From assembly GCA_964016885.1 (NCBI GenBank), contig OZ024755.1:28954001-29018000 (forward strand): DNA of 64,000 bases, given 5' to 3'. The stretch is from Eledone cirrhosa (lineage: Eukaryota). The notes beneath the pieces were generated by a model. That model was given only the letters and a program-made list of their open reading frames with translations, made no database searches and had not been told where the DNA came from. This document shows, in pieces, positions 28,125-42,226 of the stretch. The translations under genes were made by a program, and so were the position numbers. Numbering within the stretch: position 1 is the first letter of the stretch; each line of letters opens with the position of its first letter.

Positions 28125-29504
28125 AAACAAAAATGTATGCGTATGTATGTGTATGTGTTTGGTTGTGTGTGTATATGTGTGCCTACGTGTGTGTGTTTGT
28201 GTGTGTCTGTGTGTGTTTGTGTGTGACTACGTGTGTATTTCCATGTGTGTTTATATGTGTCTGAAATTTCAAATTTTCAATTTGAATTAGCATTTTAGAT
28301 GGGAATCAGTGTTTGCGAGTTTATATAGGTATAAACATCAAGTGTAGAACATTCTATTAACGAGAATTATACTGGTACCACGTTACATTTCACTGGCTGT
28401 TGCACAAAAAAATAATGACAATTGTTTTATTTATTAAACATTAAAAATCACAGATTATTTCATATTCTTTGAAGATAAGAATAACATATAATTTTACCAA
28501 AGAGTCGTGTAAGAAACAGCGTTTGAATCAGGTTATGTGTTAATAAATCGCCTAAATACATCTCTCGGCTTACGTCAACATTTATTTTTTCCTCACATAT
28601 AACATTGTGGACGCCATATGCTTAATTTATTTAAACTAGTTCATCGATGTGCACTGAAACATGATTAAATGCAAAAACTATTGCACTAGTCTGAGCTTGC
28701 ATCCGATTGTTAAACTCAACTAACTAGCAAATAAATCAATGTTGAATAATTTAATATATGTACAATACATACATTTTATGCGATAAGGAAATTTATTATT
28801 GTGTTGCTGATGTTGTATATCTCCCCTTCTCGCGGATTCTATAGCTACACGTGTATAATACACCTTTGTTGCGTTTTTCTATTTGGAAATTTACTATGAC
28901 ATTAGGAATAATTCATTATGTTTTGTTTACATAGAGCAAACACTTGCTGGTATGTGGTGCTTCTGTGATATAGATTGCGTGTACGCATCTCCCTTACCAT
29001 CCTCCGGGAAAATGCCTTCTCCATTCTGTCCGCCGGGACTGTGGGGAGGCCAGCACGTGGGACCCCATTTGCTCACCATACGGAGAGAGATGGCGAGGGC
29101 TAGAGAGATGGGGGCGATGACAGTGGGAGTTCGGATCTTCCACGTCCGAACCATATCCTTGTGGTTGTATTCATCAAGCCCTAGTGAAGTAATAAGCTGG
29201 TGCTAATTTGGGTATTAACAAATGAAATTGAACTTACTTCATTTCTTCGGATTATCTTGCTTATTGTTACAGCACGAAAATCAATATTATATGGAAATCA
29301 TTAAATGAGATCTCGATCTACACGCTTTGGCAGTTTTGTTTCTTTCTAACGAACACTGGATAATTGAATGTACGACGTGTGCTGCATATATATTGTTACT
29401 TGATAATAGACACCCTTCCTATATATATTTTTTTACCGTATCCTTTAATGATAAAGAAAGCCTTGAAATCGCAAAACAAAACATAATCTAGTAGAAGAAA
29501 ACTA

Positions 29505-29687
29505 CCGTATTTCCCGGCGTGGAAGAGGCTACTTTTTTCCTAAAATAAGTCTCAAAAATCTACCATGCGTCCTGTAGGCCGAAGGTAGGATGTTTATTAT
29601 TATTATTATTTTTTTTGGGGGGAGGGGGGTTGTCAAAATTAGGGTACGTCCTCGAGGACGAAGCGTCTTCCGCGCCGGGAAATACGG
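29505..29687. mobile_element. Tc1/mariner-superfamily MITE
   Basis: TA|CCGTATTTCCCGGCGTGGAAGA ... TCTTCCGCGCCGGGAAATACGG|TA; TIR of about 22 bp. Confidence 0.88.
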
Positions 29688-30028
29688 TATTTAAGGACAT
29701 ATTAAAGTTTATGTCTAATTACAGAAGCTTAGACATTATCGTGATTCGCGACAGATGTGTGATGCAAGCAACATATATTACCACATCAATTATGGAGATG
29801 AAACAGGAAAATGTTTATTGTTATACGATATATGAAATAATTAGTGAAATTAAAAATCAACAACTTTGCAAATTATTTGAAAAATTTAAAGAAATACTAA
29901 ACGTATCCTTGAGTTATTTAATGTATGCCAGTTTTATGTGAAAAAAACCAGCATGCAAATAGTTTGATTCGTTGATTTTGGGACCCTTTTTTTCAATGAA
30001 GTATGTCTGAATGTAATAATTAAATGTT

Positions 30029-30084
<56 letters not shown>

Positions 30085-32234
30085 CCTGGCGCAGTAACAA
30101 CAAGGATTAGGTAAGATTCAAGTTAAATGAAATCTTCAATCAAAGCATTCGCTCATTAGATTTTTCATCCAGAATCAGTAGTCACAGTGCAAGCATTTTC
30201 TGTGCTATGTTTGGTAAATCAATGTGTAGTTAGTATAACGAACGTCATAGATTAACTCTTTACATTTGAGATAAAGTGCCAGGCTATGCCAGAATTTGGA
30301 TTTTACATAAGTAAACATTTATTGCATTCAGAATTGCGATTAAAAGACGAAATTTAAGTCGACTAGTGTGTTAATGAAGCGAGGATTTCATACTTTATTG
30401 GAAAATAAAACAGGATTTCACCACACTCTTACGAAAGAAATTTCCTTTTTAAACATACTATGTTGTTTGCGAAGCATATATAGGCAGTATCAATAATTTT
30501 ATATGTATCTGCAAGCAATGTGAGAATACGGACAGTTCTATATTGAAGAGTAAACTTGAAGTACTTACGAAAAATTACAGAATCCAGCACAACAAGATAA
30601 ATTAGAAATGTTTAAATGTACTGTTAAAATAAATATATATTCAGTAAATATTTACCAAAATACTTGCGAGATTCATGAATTGAAAGTTCTTTAAAGAAGT
30701 AAAAACCTGTAATAATATATTATAGTGACATATATATCACTAAGCAAATATCCATGTATATATGTCTATAGATATTCTATTTTGGACACGTTAATCATGA
30801 ATCCATCGGTCGAGTGTCCTTTAAATTCCAAGTATGTATTGATAAGACTGATACACACTATTACTGAAATGTTATAACTTTAATTTGTCTCTAATGTTCT
30901 GTTTTGAAAGCAGGATGATATTAGCTAGATAGGGGAAAATATGTTACAGATTTTAAAATAAACTTACAAAGTAAACAATATTATAATTGCATGTGGTGCT
31001 ATTATATGTGAAGGTAATGGTGGAAATATATATTACTGTTGCTATGAATAAAACTTCTGATATTCATCTTGGCCTACAGAATCTGCGAACATCATGTGGA
31101 AAATATACCTAAATTTCACAGTATTTTGGTTTAAAATATAATATTAATGATGAAACACATTAGAACTACAAAATATTTCATGATATATCCCACGTTAAAA
31201 CTACAACATATGTTATTTTTTAATATATTTTAGAGATATTCATGTACAGATAAGAATGCTATATATGTATGGTGATCATTCTCGTTTCGATACGTACTGC
31301 TGTCTTCTATTCTTGATTTTGTCCTTTTATTTTAATCAATGACTTAGCAGAAGATAACCTACCTTCAAACTTTACTGTTCCTAGCCTTCAATATATTTTC
31401 AGTTGTTTCATATATGACAGGCCCGCATTGTATTACATGCCATCACCAACATTTCCGGTTTCAGAATTCTACTGTTGATAGGGGCCATGTTCAATATATG
31501 CCTAGAACACGCGAGAAACATTGAGATTTCGAATTCCATTCCGAACCAAATGTATTGTTGGTGCCTTGCCTTGTAAGGACAACCTTATTATTTGGCGAGA
31601 CTTACAATCAATCCCGTCTGGTAATACACGACAGCTTATTATAGATTGATTGCCTCCAACATAATCAGCAGCATGAATACAAATTCCTCTGATTACGAGA
31701 TATTGTCTCATGTGAAATGAAATCTTGGGCCCACGTGCTTTACAAAGGCTCTTCTGGGCTTGAAGGTAGGTTAACCTCTGCTAAGCCATTGGTTACTTGT
31801 TTAAAATATAGCGTCATGTGCCTTATGTAAGGAGTTATCTCCCCAAAACCACTGGGGGTCGACACATCAATCAAGATCAGAATTACCCACATAATTTCCA
31901 GTGCACATATTAGGATGGCTCCTCATCTCGACTTGCAAATCTTGCAAATTATTTAATACTGTATATCTAATAGTATGTTATATGATATCGTTTTCAAATA
32001 CATCGTATGCGCTACCACAACCTTTTACATGTTTACAAAGAAGCTGCTTTTTATTTATGGAATATAAGTTAACTATTTTTGTGAACAATTTTCTCCATCT
32101 GATATCCTTTATCAAGTTCCCATTTATCCAGCTGATCACTCAATTATTTACGTGTTGGGTGTCTGCATAACTTGCTGAAAGAATACGAGTAATTCGTTTT
32201 TTTTTTGTTTTTTTTTCCATTATCATTATCATCA

Positions 32235-32765
32235 TCCGGTGGCCTCGGCCGAAATCGACTCAACAATTGAACTCCACGTGGTTCTGTCGTTCTTTGCCGT
32301 TGCCAAGCACTGGATTTCAATACCAGAATCTCTGGAGATGACATCGTGATAGGAGAGCTTACAACCCTGTTAGTGACTGCTTATGGTTTCCAAAGCACTA
32401 ATGGGGACAGAGCCTCATAGGTGGCACGATGGCAGTGGCGAGCAAATCTTACTCTCCTCTTACGTACACTGACAGATATGCGCGGGAGACCGGCATATAT
32501 CTCTCAAAGTCAGATGTCGCCCTCTTATGTTCTGAATGCGTTGCAGCAGGCAAGTATAAGTACCATCAAGGTGTTTTTGTTGTTTGGATGAAAGCGTCCA
32601 TATTTCACTTCCATATAGCAAGATTGGTTGAATTGTTACTTCGAAGAGTCTGATCTTGGTGTGGTTGGAAAGATTTGAGCGCCAAACTTGATCCATCGTT
32701 TTTTGGGGTGTTTTTTTTAGAGAGCCATGAAAATCTGCTTCCAAATATTTAAACTGACCCATAGT
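32235..32765 (-). mobile_element. RTE LINE 3' fragment
   Basis: QFKYL...TKIRLFEVTIQPILLYGSEIWTL...LDGTYTCLLQR; (GAT)n tail. Confidence 0.88.
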
Positions 32766-33617
32766 CTTACGATCCTGAAATACGCCAGCAAAATAATCAA
32801 AATGCATTTGTATTAATTAAAAAACAACATATGTTGATGATAATACGATTGTTTAATATAAGAGAGAATAGGATTGTTTATAAGATTCTAGCTGCGAGAC
32901 TCTAACAGACATTTCTATGAAGACGGATATGTAAGTTTAAGTGGAAATGCTTACGTGATGACATGGGATTCAGGAATCTGTTTACGACACCTGCTCCAGC
33001 ATGTCAATGTAAAGCTGTTTAGTAAATAAGGGTGTGGTTGTTTTTTTTTATAAATGCTTCGGTTTTAATGTTTTTGTTACTTGTTATGTTTTTTAATCTA
33101 ATTTCTCTTCCCGTACTAATATTAAAACGTTTTACTGGTTTTTATTGTTTTTGTTAAAGGATTTCTAGCTTTAGAAACAATTTGTGCCTGTTTATGGTTT
33201 GAAATTTTGTATGCACATGTACAAACAGAGAAGAAACAATGGCCGTGTCTATTGATGAATTAAGACAACCTGACAATGCGCATGACCCTTTGATGTAAAA
33301 AAAAATTCCGAAATAACAGTATGGATTTAATTATATAAATTTGCACATAAATACAAATGTATATGTACTTACAAACCACATCCCGCTCACACATATTTAC
33401 AAGCATTAAAATATAAATTGACATAATAATAATTTAATACACACGCTTACAAACGCAGATGGCTGCTTCTTCCTCTATATAAAAAACTCCAGTATAGAAA
33501 GTAAAATATACATCCTTGTATACTTATTACTTTAGATATATATATTTCTATAGAAAAACGTTGTACAGCCGCATAAGCTATTAAAAATAAACACACGTCT
33601 ATAGCCTACATGTCTAT

Positions 33618-33800
33618 ATAATTGTTTCTACTTTTGGCACAAGGCCAGCAATTATCCCAGTGCATTACTGGTACTTTATTTTATCGACCCCGTAAGGATG
33701 AAAGGCAAAGTTAACCTCTGCGGGATTTGAACTCAGATTGGCAAGGGCCGTAACTCTATGCGTCAAAACATGGCGTCCGCCCCTCTACCGATACTGCCAA
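33618..33800 (-). mobile_element. tRNA-derived SINE
   Basis: Homology to the reference copy. Confidence 0.9.
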
Positions 33801-34194
33801 AATGAGACGCTTTCATAAAATCGTATAGGGAGATCAAAGCATGAAAATAATAAAAAAAATCAGTCACGCAAACAAATGCTAAAATGGTAAAACAATATAA
33901 TTTAGGTATGCTATATTTAGTGTTTAAGTTTATAAGCTGTATACATTATCAATGTATGCACTTGTCACAAAACCAATTGTGAATGGTATGCTTCGTATAG
34001 GTCAATCACCGGATCATACTGTGTGTTTGTCTGTTTTATATAACAGATTTTTTTGTAAACACTTTGAAAGCATGTAAACATTCGATACTGTTTCAATAAT
34101 TTGAATTTTTACTCATGCATACACACATTGACTTAAAAACTAGTAATCGTATTACTAGAGCCAGAGAATCTGAAAATATTTCAGTGCTTAGAGG

Positions 34195-34470
34195 CTCGAT
34201 AAAATAAAGCACCAGTAATGTACTGGGGTCGATTCAATCGACTATCCCAGCCCCTTTTCAAATTGCTGGCCTTATGCCATAAGCAGAAACAATATTATTA
34301 TTACTATTATTGTTGGATTGGCAGTATCAGTAGAGAGTCGGACGCCATTTTCTGAAGCATAGAGTTACGTCCTTTTATGATCTGAGTTCATCCTTACAGG
34401 GTCGATAAAATAAAGTACCAGTAATGTACTGGGTAATTGCTGGCCTTGTGCCCAAAATAGAAACAATTAT
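34195..34470 (+). mobile_element. Two tandem SINE copies (long-form 3' fragment and an internally deleted short form)
   Basis: Homology; the first retains the gtcgattcaatcgac hairpin. Confidence 0.85.
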
Positions 34471-34479
34471 TAGTATTAT

Positions 34480-35450
34480 TGTTGTTTCTTCTAATGCTGG
34501 AGATGTATTACACTACCAGTCAACTGAGAAGACACCCCTTATTTTTTTCGTGTACTCTCCGGAGTATTCGAGCTGTTCCAAGCAACGCTGATTTTGTGTA
34601 AGTGTTCCATCAGTATTGCAATCGCTAATCGTCTGATGTAGTTCCCAAGATCTCTACTCACTGTTCCCAAGACTCCAACTATTATTGGTATTACCACCAC
34701 CTCTTTCAGTGACCACAACTACTTAACCTCCCAAGCTAACCTACATATCTATCAAATCTTTTGATTCTTTATCGCATACCTTGTTATCAGCTGGACAGGC
34801 TATATCTCTGATCCAACACGGTTTGTTTTCCTTCTGAATTAATACAATATCTGGTCTCCTATGTATCACAAAGTACCAAAGGATCTTTGCATCATCATTT
34901 TCGATAACACCCTCTGGCTTATGTTCGTACACTTGTCTACACTGCCAAGTGCATATTTGCCACAAAATGCCCAATGTATCCTTGCTACGTTGTCATGACA
35001 TCTCTTATATTCTTTCTGAGATAATGGCATATAATGGTAATATGTCAAACATTTTTTCCATTCATGCCACAAATTCTACACTTATCACTTTCTGCTGTGT
35101 GATCTACTCTGTGTTTGATGTAGTTAGTTCTTAGTGCTTGTTCTTCAGCAACACAGATTAAGGGTTGTTTCCGGTTTTAGATCACTTTTAGCCATCCATA
35201 ACCACCTTTTCTCTGTCTGTCCTATTTTCAATATCTCTATGCAATTGTCCATACATTCTTTTTTCACTCCATCTCCTTTCAGTTTCAACCATATTCAAAT
35301 GATCGCATTGTGTTTTTTTTTTACAATCTTCTATTTTACACATCTCTGACCTTCTTACTTCCAACAACATGGTTCTGTGGAATTGTTATGTACCACGCCA
35401 TAATATCGTCTGTTCTAATGCGGCCTTCATTTTACTCTACATTCTATATC
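34480..35450 (-). mobile_element. R4/Dong-clade LINE 3' part (restriction-like endonuclease), decayed
   Basis: YKRCHDNVAR, EHKPEGVIENDDAKILW, RRPDIVL, DIACPAD, IPIIVGVLG; 3' end abuts an (AAT)-rich tract. Confidence 0.85.
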
Positions 35451-35451
35451 T

Positions 35452-35526
<75 letters not shown>

Positions 35527-35589
35527 AAAATGGAACGGGAACAAAACAGAGAGGTAGTACGAACAAAGGTTTATTAGTTTCACGCTCTT

Positions 35590-36071
35590 GAGAGTAGGAG
35601 GGAGGTTCTTCCGCCCTTATATATATTGAGAGAGTATATATATATATATATATAGAAGAACTTATAAGAGTTAACGGCCATCCAAAAGTGTGTAAATATG
35701 TATATACACATGTACATATGTATGTATATGTGTATATACACGGGTGCATGTGTATGTATATGCGCGGGGACATAGAAATAGTCGGGCTGGACATCCGATA
35801 GTGCGGTTAAGCCAATGGGAGTGAAGGACCCCTAGGCAACTCAGGAAACTGGGATAACTCCGATATAAAACCTGCCGCTCGTTACCGATGACGTTGATCT
35901 TTTCTTCTTTTCGGGTTATAGCTACTGTCGCTCAGAGAGTGGGATTGGCTCAGTGCACAGTTAAAAAAAATATCTTCAGGCACAGGCATTGCCGATAGAA
36001 TTAATTAATAATTATTAATAATGGTATATCGTGCAATGGCCATACTCGATAATGAGGGGGCAGTCATCATA
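35590..36071 (+). mobile_element. Bipartite RTE-derived non-autonomous element
   Basis: Homologous to 7700-8275 (shows the empty SINE site) and to 48143-48758; left boundary approximate. Confidence 0.7.
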
Positions 36072-36081
36072 TATATATATA

Positions 36082-36130
<49 letters not shown>

Positions 36131-36133
<3 letters not shown>

Positions 36134-36545
36134 CGAAGGAAATGTGGTAAGGAACCAGATAGACCAGAACGCACCAAAGTACTCAATACTTAGGGTAGTA
36201 AAGTGGGTAATAGGAACGAGTAGGACCCCGACGACTGAGCTCAAGCCGTTTCGACGGCTAATTCTGGACTAGTCCAGCTCGACGGACCCTCTTAAAATGC
36301 TATAAGAGGGTCGGTAGAGCTGCCGATTATTGCGTCGGGTAGGATCGATATAGATTGAACCTTCAGCTGATCAGTGGTGAAACGCGCGTCGCCTATCAAT
36401 AAATGCAATGAAGGAATAATCAATCGTCCTTTTTATCCTTTCAATATATTACACTCTGTATAGCTCTACACCTCATCATAGAAGTGAACCTAAACATCGA
36501 GTGCTCTCCCAGGTGAACCTGCAGTAACTCCTAGTTACACCCCCT

Positions 36546-36548
<3 letters not shown>
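36131..36548. mobile_element. Composite of a family A half-HHR (minus) and a family C half-HHR (plus)
   Basis: Family A tail and arm to about 36275, hairpin 36275-36322, then GAAA-CGCGCG-TC and AATAAA near 36378-36403; (TA)n on both sides. Confidence 0.65.
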
Positions 36549-36605
<57 letters not shown>

Positions 36606-36878
36606 CAGGAAAGAAGGTTTACATCACTATGAAAACGCCTTGTTGAGTCAAACCAAGCCAAGCGTTAATATCATCCACTACCTGGAATACCATAACTGGA
36701 CTTCACCTAAGTGGACTGCATTTAACTATTATTTGTTAATCCGTATATATATATATATATATATTTAAAGGTTAAACAAGGTTCAATGAATAAATCAATG
36801 AATAAAGTTTCACAAGTAATTCACCGCCATGACTGAATTTTAACCATCAACATAGTCAAAGTATGTCAAGCATCAACT

Positions 36879-36945
36879 TATTGTATCTGATGAGGACGTA
36901 CTGTTGAAAATACCTCAGTACCTCTGAAATATGTATAATAAAATA
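36879..36945 (+). ncRNA. Type I hammerhead ribozyme in a ~225-bp TA-flanked element (36765-36990)
   Basis: TATTGTAT-CTGATGA-G GA c GTACTG...CAGTAC c TC T-GAAA-TATGTA-TA-ATAAAATA. Confidence 0.78.
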
Positions 36946-36986
36946 TACTTGATCACATGAATGTCTATATTTGTTAATATTTTGAA

Positions 36987-37040
<54 letters not shown>

Positions 37041-37041
<1 letters not shown>

Positions 37042-37328
37042 GATATTAATAAATGGAAACTATATTTATAAAACCACATTTATTTCATTATACATATTTC
37101 AGGGATACCACATTAAATTATGGTATGCCTTCATCAGACAAAATACAATATATACTAGTTTTACAAATAGGTTTGACGTACCCTTTTAAAATACAACCAT
37201 TACTTTTGGACAGCCTCCAAAAGTAATGGTTGTACTTTAAAAGGGTACGTCAAACCTATTTGTAAAACTGTTATATATTGTATTTTGTCTGATGAACGCA
37301 TACCATAATTTAATGTGGTATCCCTGAA

Positions 37329-37337
<9 letters not shown>
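37041..37337. mobile_element. Palindromic HHR element (family D) with two divergently oriented hammerheads
   Basis: Arms 37089-37210 / 37216-37337, loop CAGCC; HHR on minus 37081-37145 and on plus 37281-37337. Confidence 0.85.
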
Positions 37338-37372
<35 letters not shown>

Positions 37373-37580
37373 GGGTCAGTATAAAATCTTTTCCTGGGTC
37401 CTGTATTTTCGTTGCTCTATTGATGCGGCTGGACAGCCGACCGCTATATCTGATTTGCTGGAGCTGTCTGAACTTAATGTTATTACTCTGGGATCTTTCC
37501 TCATCCGAGTGCTGAAGCTACAGACCTATTATGCATATACGCTAGCTAGGCCCATTCTAAAGCTTCGTCAATGCTGTACT

Positions 37581-37617
<37 letters not shown>

Positions 37618-37620
<3 letters not shown>

Positions 37621-37703
37621 AACAAGTATGACCCCGACGGCAGAGCTCAAGCCGTTTCGACGGCGTTATGGTCCATCTGGTTCCTTACCACAATTCCTTC
37701 GTT
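37618..37703. mobile_element. Family A element with internal deletion
   Basis: Left arm fused directly to the tail end. Confidence 0.75.
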
Positions 37704-37766
37704 ATATATATATATATATATTTTTTTATATATATATATATATATATATTTATACATATAAATATA

Positions 37767-37820
<54 letters not shown>

Positions 37821-37851
37821 GAGATCAAAAGATGGTTAAAGGAGTTCCATG

Positions 37852-37922
37852 TATTTTATTATGCGCATTTCAAAAACAAACATCATCATGCAATAATATT
37901 TGTGTTTTCATCAGATAAAACA
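37852..37922 (-). ncRNA. Intact type I hammerhead ribozyme within an inverted-repeat element (37815-38108)
   Basis: Minus strand: TGTTTTAT-CTGATGA-~15-bp stem II-GAAA-TGCGCA-TA-ATAAAATA; 37-bp inverted repeats at 37815-37851 / 37984-38020. Confidence 0.82.
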
Positions 37923-38104
37923 GGAGAACATGATATGAAGGCTAAAAAACACTTGTGGATAGTGCAGTTTTAAATCAACATATCATGGAACTCCTTTAAC
38001 CATCTTTAGATCTTATATTATGTATACTCCAGTCCTACAAACTATAGAGTGCTTCTTATCCGATATCTGCATTGCTTTATTGTACTACAATAAAACTCAC
38101 CTCC

Positions 38105-38244
<140 letters not shown>

Positions 38245-38789
38245 CATAATTACCTTGCTAAGCTGATTGCTTAATAGACAGAGAAATACGAAATACTGTG
38301 TGTGTGTGTGCACACTTCTTCTAAGAAAGTTCGCCGTTTTATGTACATCTGTTTTGACTGCTTGTCCTCGTTTCTATTTCCTCCAAATCCGTTTTCTTCT
38401 TCTTCTTCTTCTTCTTCTTATTATTATTATTATTATAATATATTTTTTTTTTTTTTGCTTCTAGTTTATTTCTTTGTTTCTAGTTTTGTTTGAATTACTG
38501 TTACCTCGTATAGCATTTACTTTATATTCTTTGTTTCCCACATACCAGCGGCGTCCTTGCGGTATCTGGTTTCATAACACCCGCCTACACCCAAACACAC
38601 GGTCTAAAAAACACAACGTAATACACACATGCGCATACAGATACTGGCATATATAGAAGAGACACTGTGATATAATATATATACATTCACATACACATGT
38701 GGTTCATCCTTTTTTTCTTCTTCGTGCTCAACAAGCATATATGTTTGTCATTGATAAAATTCATACAGACATGAACAAAAATACAAACA

Positions 38790-40395
38790 CACGCACCACA
38801 TTTATACATACATACATACATACATACATACATACATACATGTATATAAGAATATATATGTGGGTACACACGCACCACATTTATACATACATGCATACAT
38901 ACATACATACATACATACATACATACACACATGTATATAAGAATATATATGTGTGTACACACGCACACCACATTTATACATACATACATACATACACACA
39001 TGTATATAAGAATATATATGTGTGTACACAGGCACCACATTTATACATACATACATACATACACACATGTATATAAGAATATATATGTGTGTACACACGC
39101 ACTACATTTATACATACATACATACATACATACATACATACACACATGTATATAAGAATATATACGTGTGTACACCTCGCACCACATTTATACATACATA
39201 CATACATACATACACACATGTATATAATAATATATATATGTGTACACACGCACCACATTTATACATACATACATACATACACACATGTATATAAGAATAT
39301 ATATATGTGTACACACGCACCACATTTATACATAATACATACATACATACACACACACATGTATATAAGAATATATGTGTGTACACACGCACTACATTTA
39401 TACATACATACATACATACATACACACATGTATATAAGAATATATATGTGTGTACACACGCACCACATTTATACATACATACATACATACATACATACAC
39501 ACATGTATATAAGAATATATATATGTGTACACACGCACCACATTTATACATCATACATACATACATACATACATACATACATACACACATGTATATGAGA
39601 ATATATATATGTGTACACACGCACCACATTTATACATACATACATACACACATGTATATAAGAATATATATGTGTGTACACACGCACCACATTTATACAT
39701 ACATACATACACACATGTATATAAGAATATATATATGTGTACACACGCACCACATTTATACATACATACATACACACATGTATATAAGAATATATACATG
39801 TGTACACACGCACCACATTTATACATACATACATACATACATACATACATACATACATACAGACATGTATATAAGAATATATATATGTGTACACACGCAC
39901 CACATTTATACATACATACATACACACATGTATATAAGAATATATATATGTGTACACACGCACCACATTTATACATACATACATACACACATGTATATAA
40001 GAATATATACATGTGTACACACGCACCACATTTATACATACATACATACATGTATATAAGAATATATGTGTGTACACACGCACCACATTTATACATACAT
40101 ACATACATACATACATACACACATGTATATAAGAATATATATATGTGTACACACGCACCACATTTATACATACATACATACACACATGTATATAAGAATA
40201 TATATATGTGTACACACGCACCACATTTATACATACATACATACACACATGTATATAAGAATATATACATGTGTACACACGCACCATATTTATACATACA
40301 TACATACATACATGTATATAAGAATATATGTGTGTGTACACACGCACTACATTTATACATACATACATACACACATGTATATAAGAATATATATG
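38790..40395. repeat. Minisatellite, about 23 units of roughly 60-90 bp with variable (CATA)n
   Basis: Unit gtatataagaatatatatatgtgtacacacgcaccacatttata(cata)n cacacat. Confidence 0.97.
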
Positions 40396-40553
40396 TGTGT
40401 GTGTGTGTGTGAATGATAAGAGTGTGTGTGTGTGTGTGAATGAGAAGCGTGTGTTTTTTTTCGTGTGTAATTGAGGGGAAATATATAACAGGCTCTAAGA
40501 GAGTAGCATACAGGAAAAAGGCGTAGCAATATATTAGTGCGTGTGTGTGTGTG

Positions 40554-40599
<46 letters not shown>

Positions 40600-40865
40600 G
40601 AGTGAGAGAGAGAGAGAGGGAGAGGGGAGAAGGGGAGAGAGAGAGAGACAACTACACACAAAGTCAGAAACTGTCATCCAAGCATACCTACATACATACA
40701 TACATACATACATACATACATACATACATACATACATACATACATACATAAATACATACGTGCATGCATACACACATACACACCCATACATGCACACATA
40801 CATACAGACATACACACATACACACACTCATATATATAAATATATATATATATATAGGGGGGGGG

Positions 40866-40997
40866 TAAGGACCCCGACGGCTGAGCTCCGGCCGTTTCGA
40901 CAGCTAAATCCGAATGTCTTTTGATATTACGCACTCTACTACCCTAAGTATTGAGTACTCTGGTGCGTTATGGTCCATCTGGTACCTTACACCCTCT

Positions 40998-41003
<6 letters not shown>
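40866..41003. mobile_element. Family A (subfamily B) element
   Basis: Arm to gacagctaaatccgaa followed by the tail. Confidence 0.78.
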
Positions 41004-41036
<33 letters not shown>

Positions 41037-41166
41037 CTTATCCCGGGTGCAATCGGGGGTAAGGAAGGTACTCAATACATAGCAGAGTGTAGATATTTAA
41101 TGTAGAAATGGCTTTTACAGGTCTAACTGTTTCATTCGGGAGTGGCTTCCTGATGATTTCTCCCCA
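41037..41166. mobile_element. TA-flanked element with a split hammerhead
   Basis: 3' half on minus (GAAT-GAAA-CAG ttagac CTG-TA-AAAGCC), 5' half on plus (GGCTTC-CTGATGA-TTTC). Confidence 0.65.
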
Positions 41167-41186
41167 TATATATATATATATATATT

Positions 41187-41289
<103 letters not shown>

Positions 41290-41865
41290 AGTTGTGTCTT
41301 TGTAATTAAAAGTTATGGACTTAGAATAAACCTTCTCTCTCTTAATGCAATTGGAGTAAATTCCGCCATTATCAACTCCGTCTTTCACACTTCCTCTGTT
41401 ATTAAAATACAGAATGAAATTTACTCGACTTCAAATATTTGCAATGTCGTATTGTACAATAGAACCAGGCACATCAAAAGCTGTCTAAATCAGTAAAGAA
41501 AAACGATATAATTTTACTCTCTATTTAAATTGATACTGCAGACCAGGATTCACAAGATATCAATCTCTGAATACTAAAATGCAGAATGTCAATGCTTTTT
41601 CCTTAAATGAAGCTGATACCTGATAAAATAAATTAGTTGCTCAGAAATGACAGATTGTATTACGGCCAGAGATACACTTGTGAAGAGCAGTGAAATATTT
41701 CCAAATTGTCTGCATCGAGTAATACGATGGATGACCGGTAATATGTATTTCAGTGCCGTTCCTACTTTATGGAGAGATGCCTCTTTCGTCATCTGGATAT
41801 TGTAAGGGTATATTTCGGCATCTGGATACTACATGTTGGTGCGTTATTGTAATTCTTAAACAAAA

Positions 41866-42226
41866 ATAATTGTTCCTACTTTTGGCACAAGGTTAACAAA
41901 TACTGCCAGTGTATTACTGGTACTATATTTTATCGACACCATAAGGATGAAGGGCAATGTTAAGCTCGGTGGTATTTGAACTCAAACCGTAAAGGCCGTA
42001 ACTCTATGCTGAAAAGCATGGTGTCTGACGTTCTACCGATACTGCTAATATATAATTGATTCTATTTTTGACACAAGACCAGCAATTACACCAGTACATT
42101 ACTGGTACTTTATTTTATCGACCCCGTAAGTATGAAATGCAAAGTTAACTCCGGCGAGATTTCAACCCAGACCGTAAAGGGACATAACCCTATGCCGCAA
42201 AGCATGGCGTCTGACCCGATACCGAC
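41866..42226 (-). mobile_element. Two tandem tRNA-derived SINEs
   Basis: Homology at 41866-42050 and 42052-42226. Confidence 0.88.

Noticed and set aside
38790-40395. CRISPR-like repeat and spacer appearance
   Set aside because: The variable parts are only (CATA)n length changes
41330-41850. Unique-looking stretch with several minus-strand splice-like signals
   Set aside because: No frame stays open between plausible acceptors and donors
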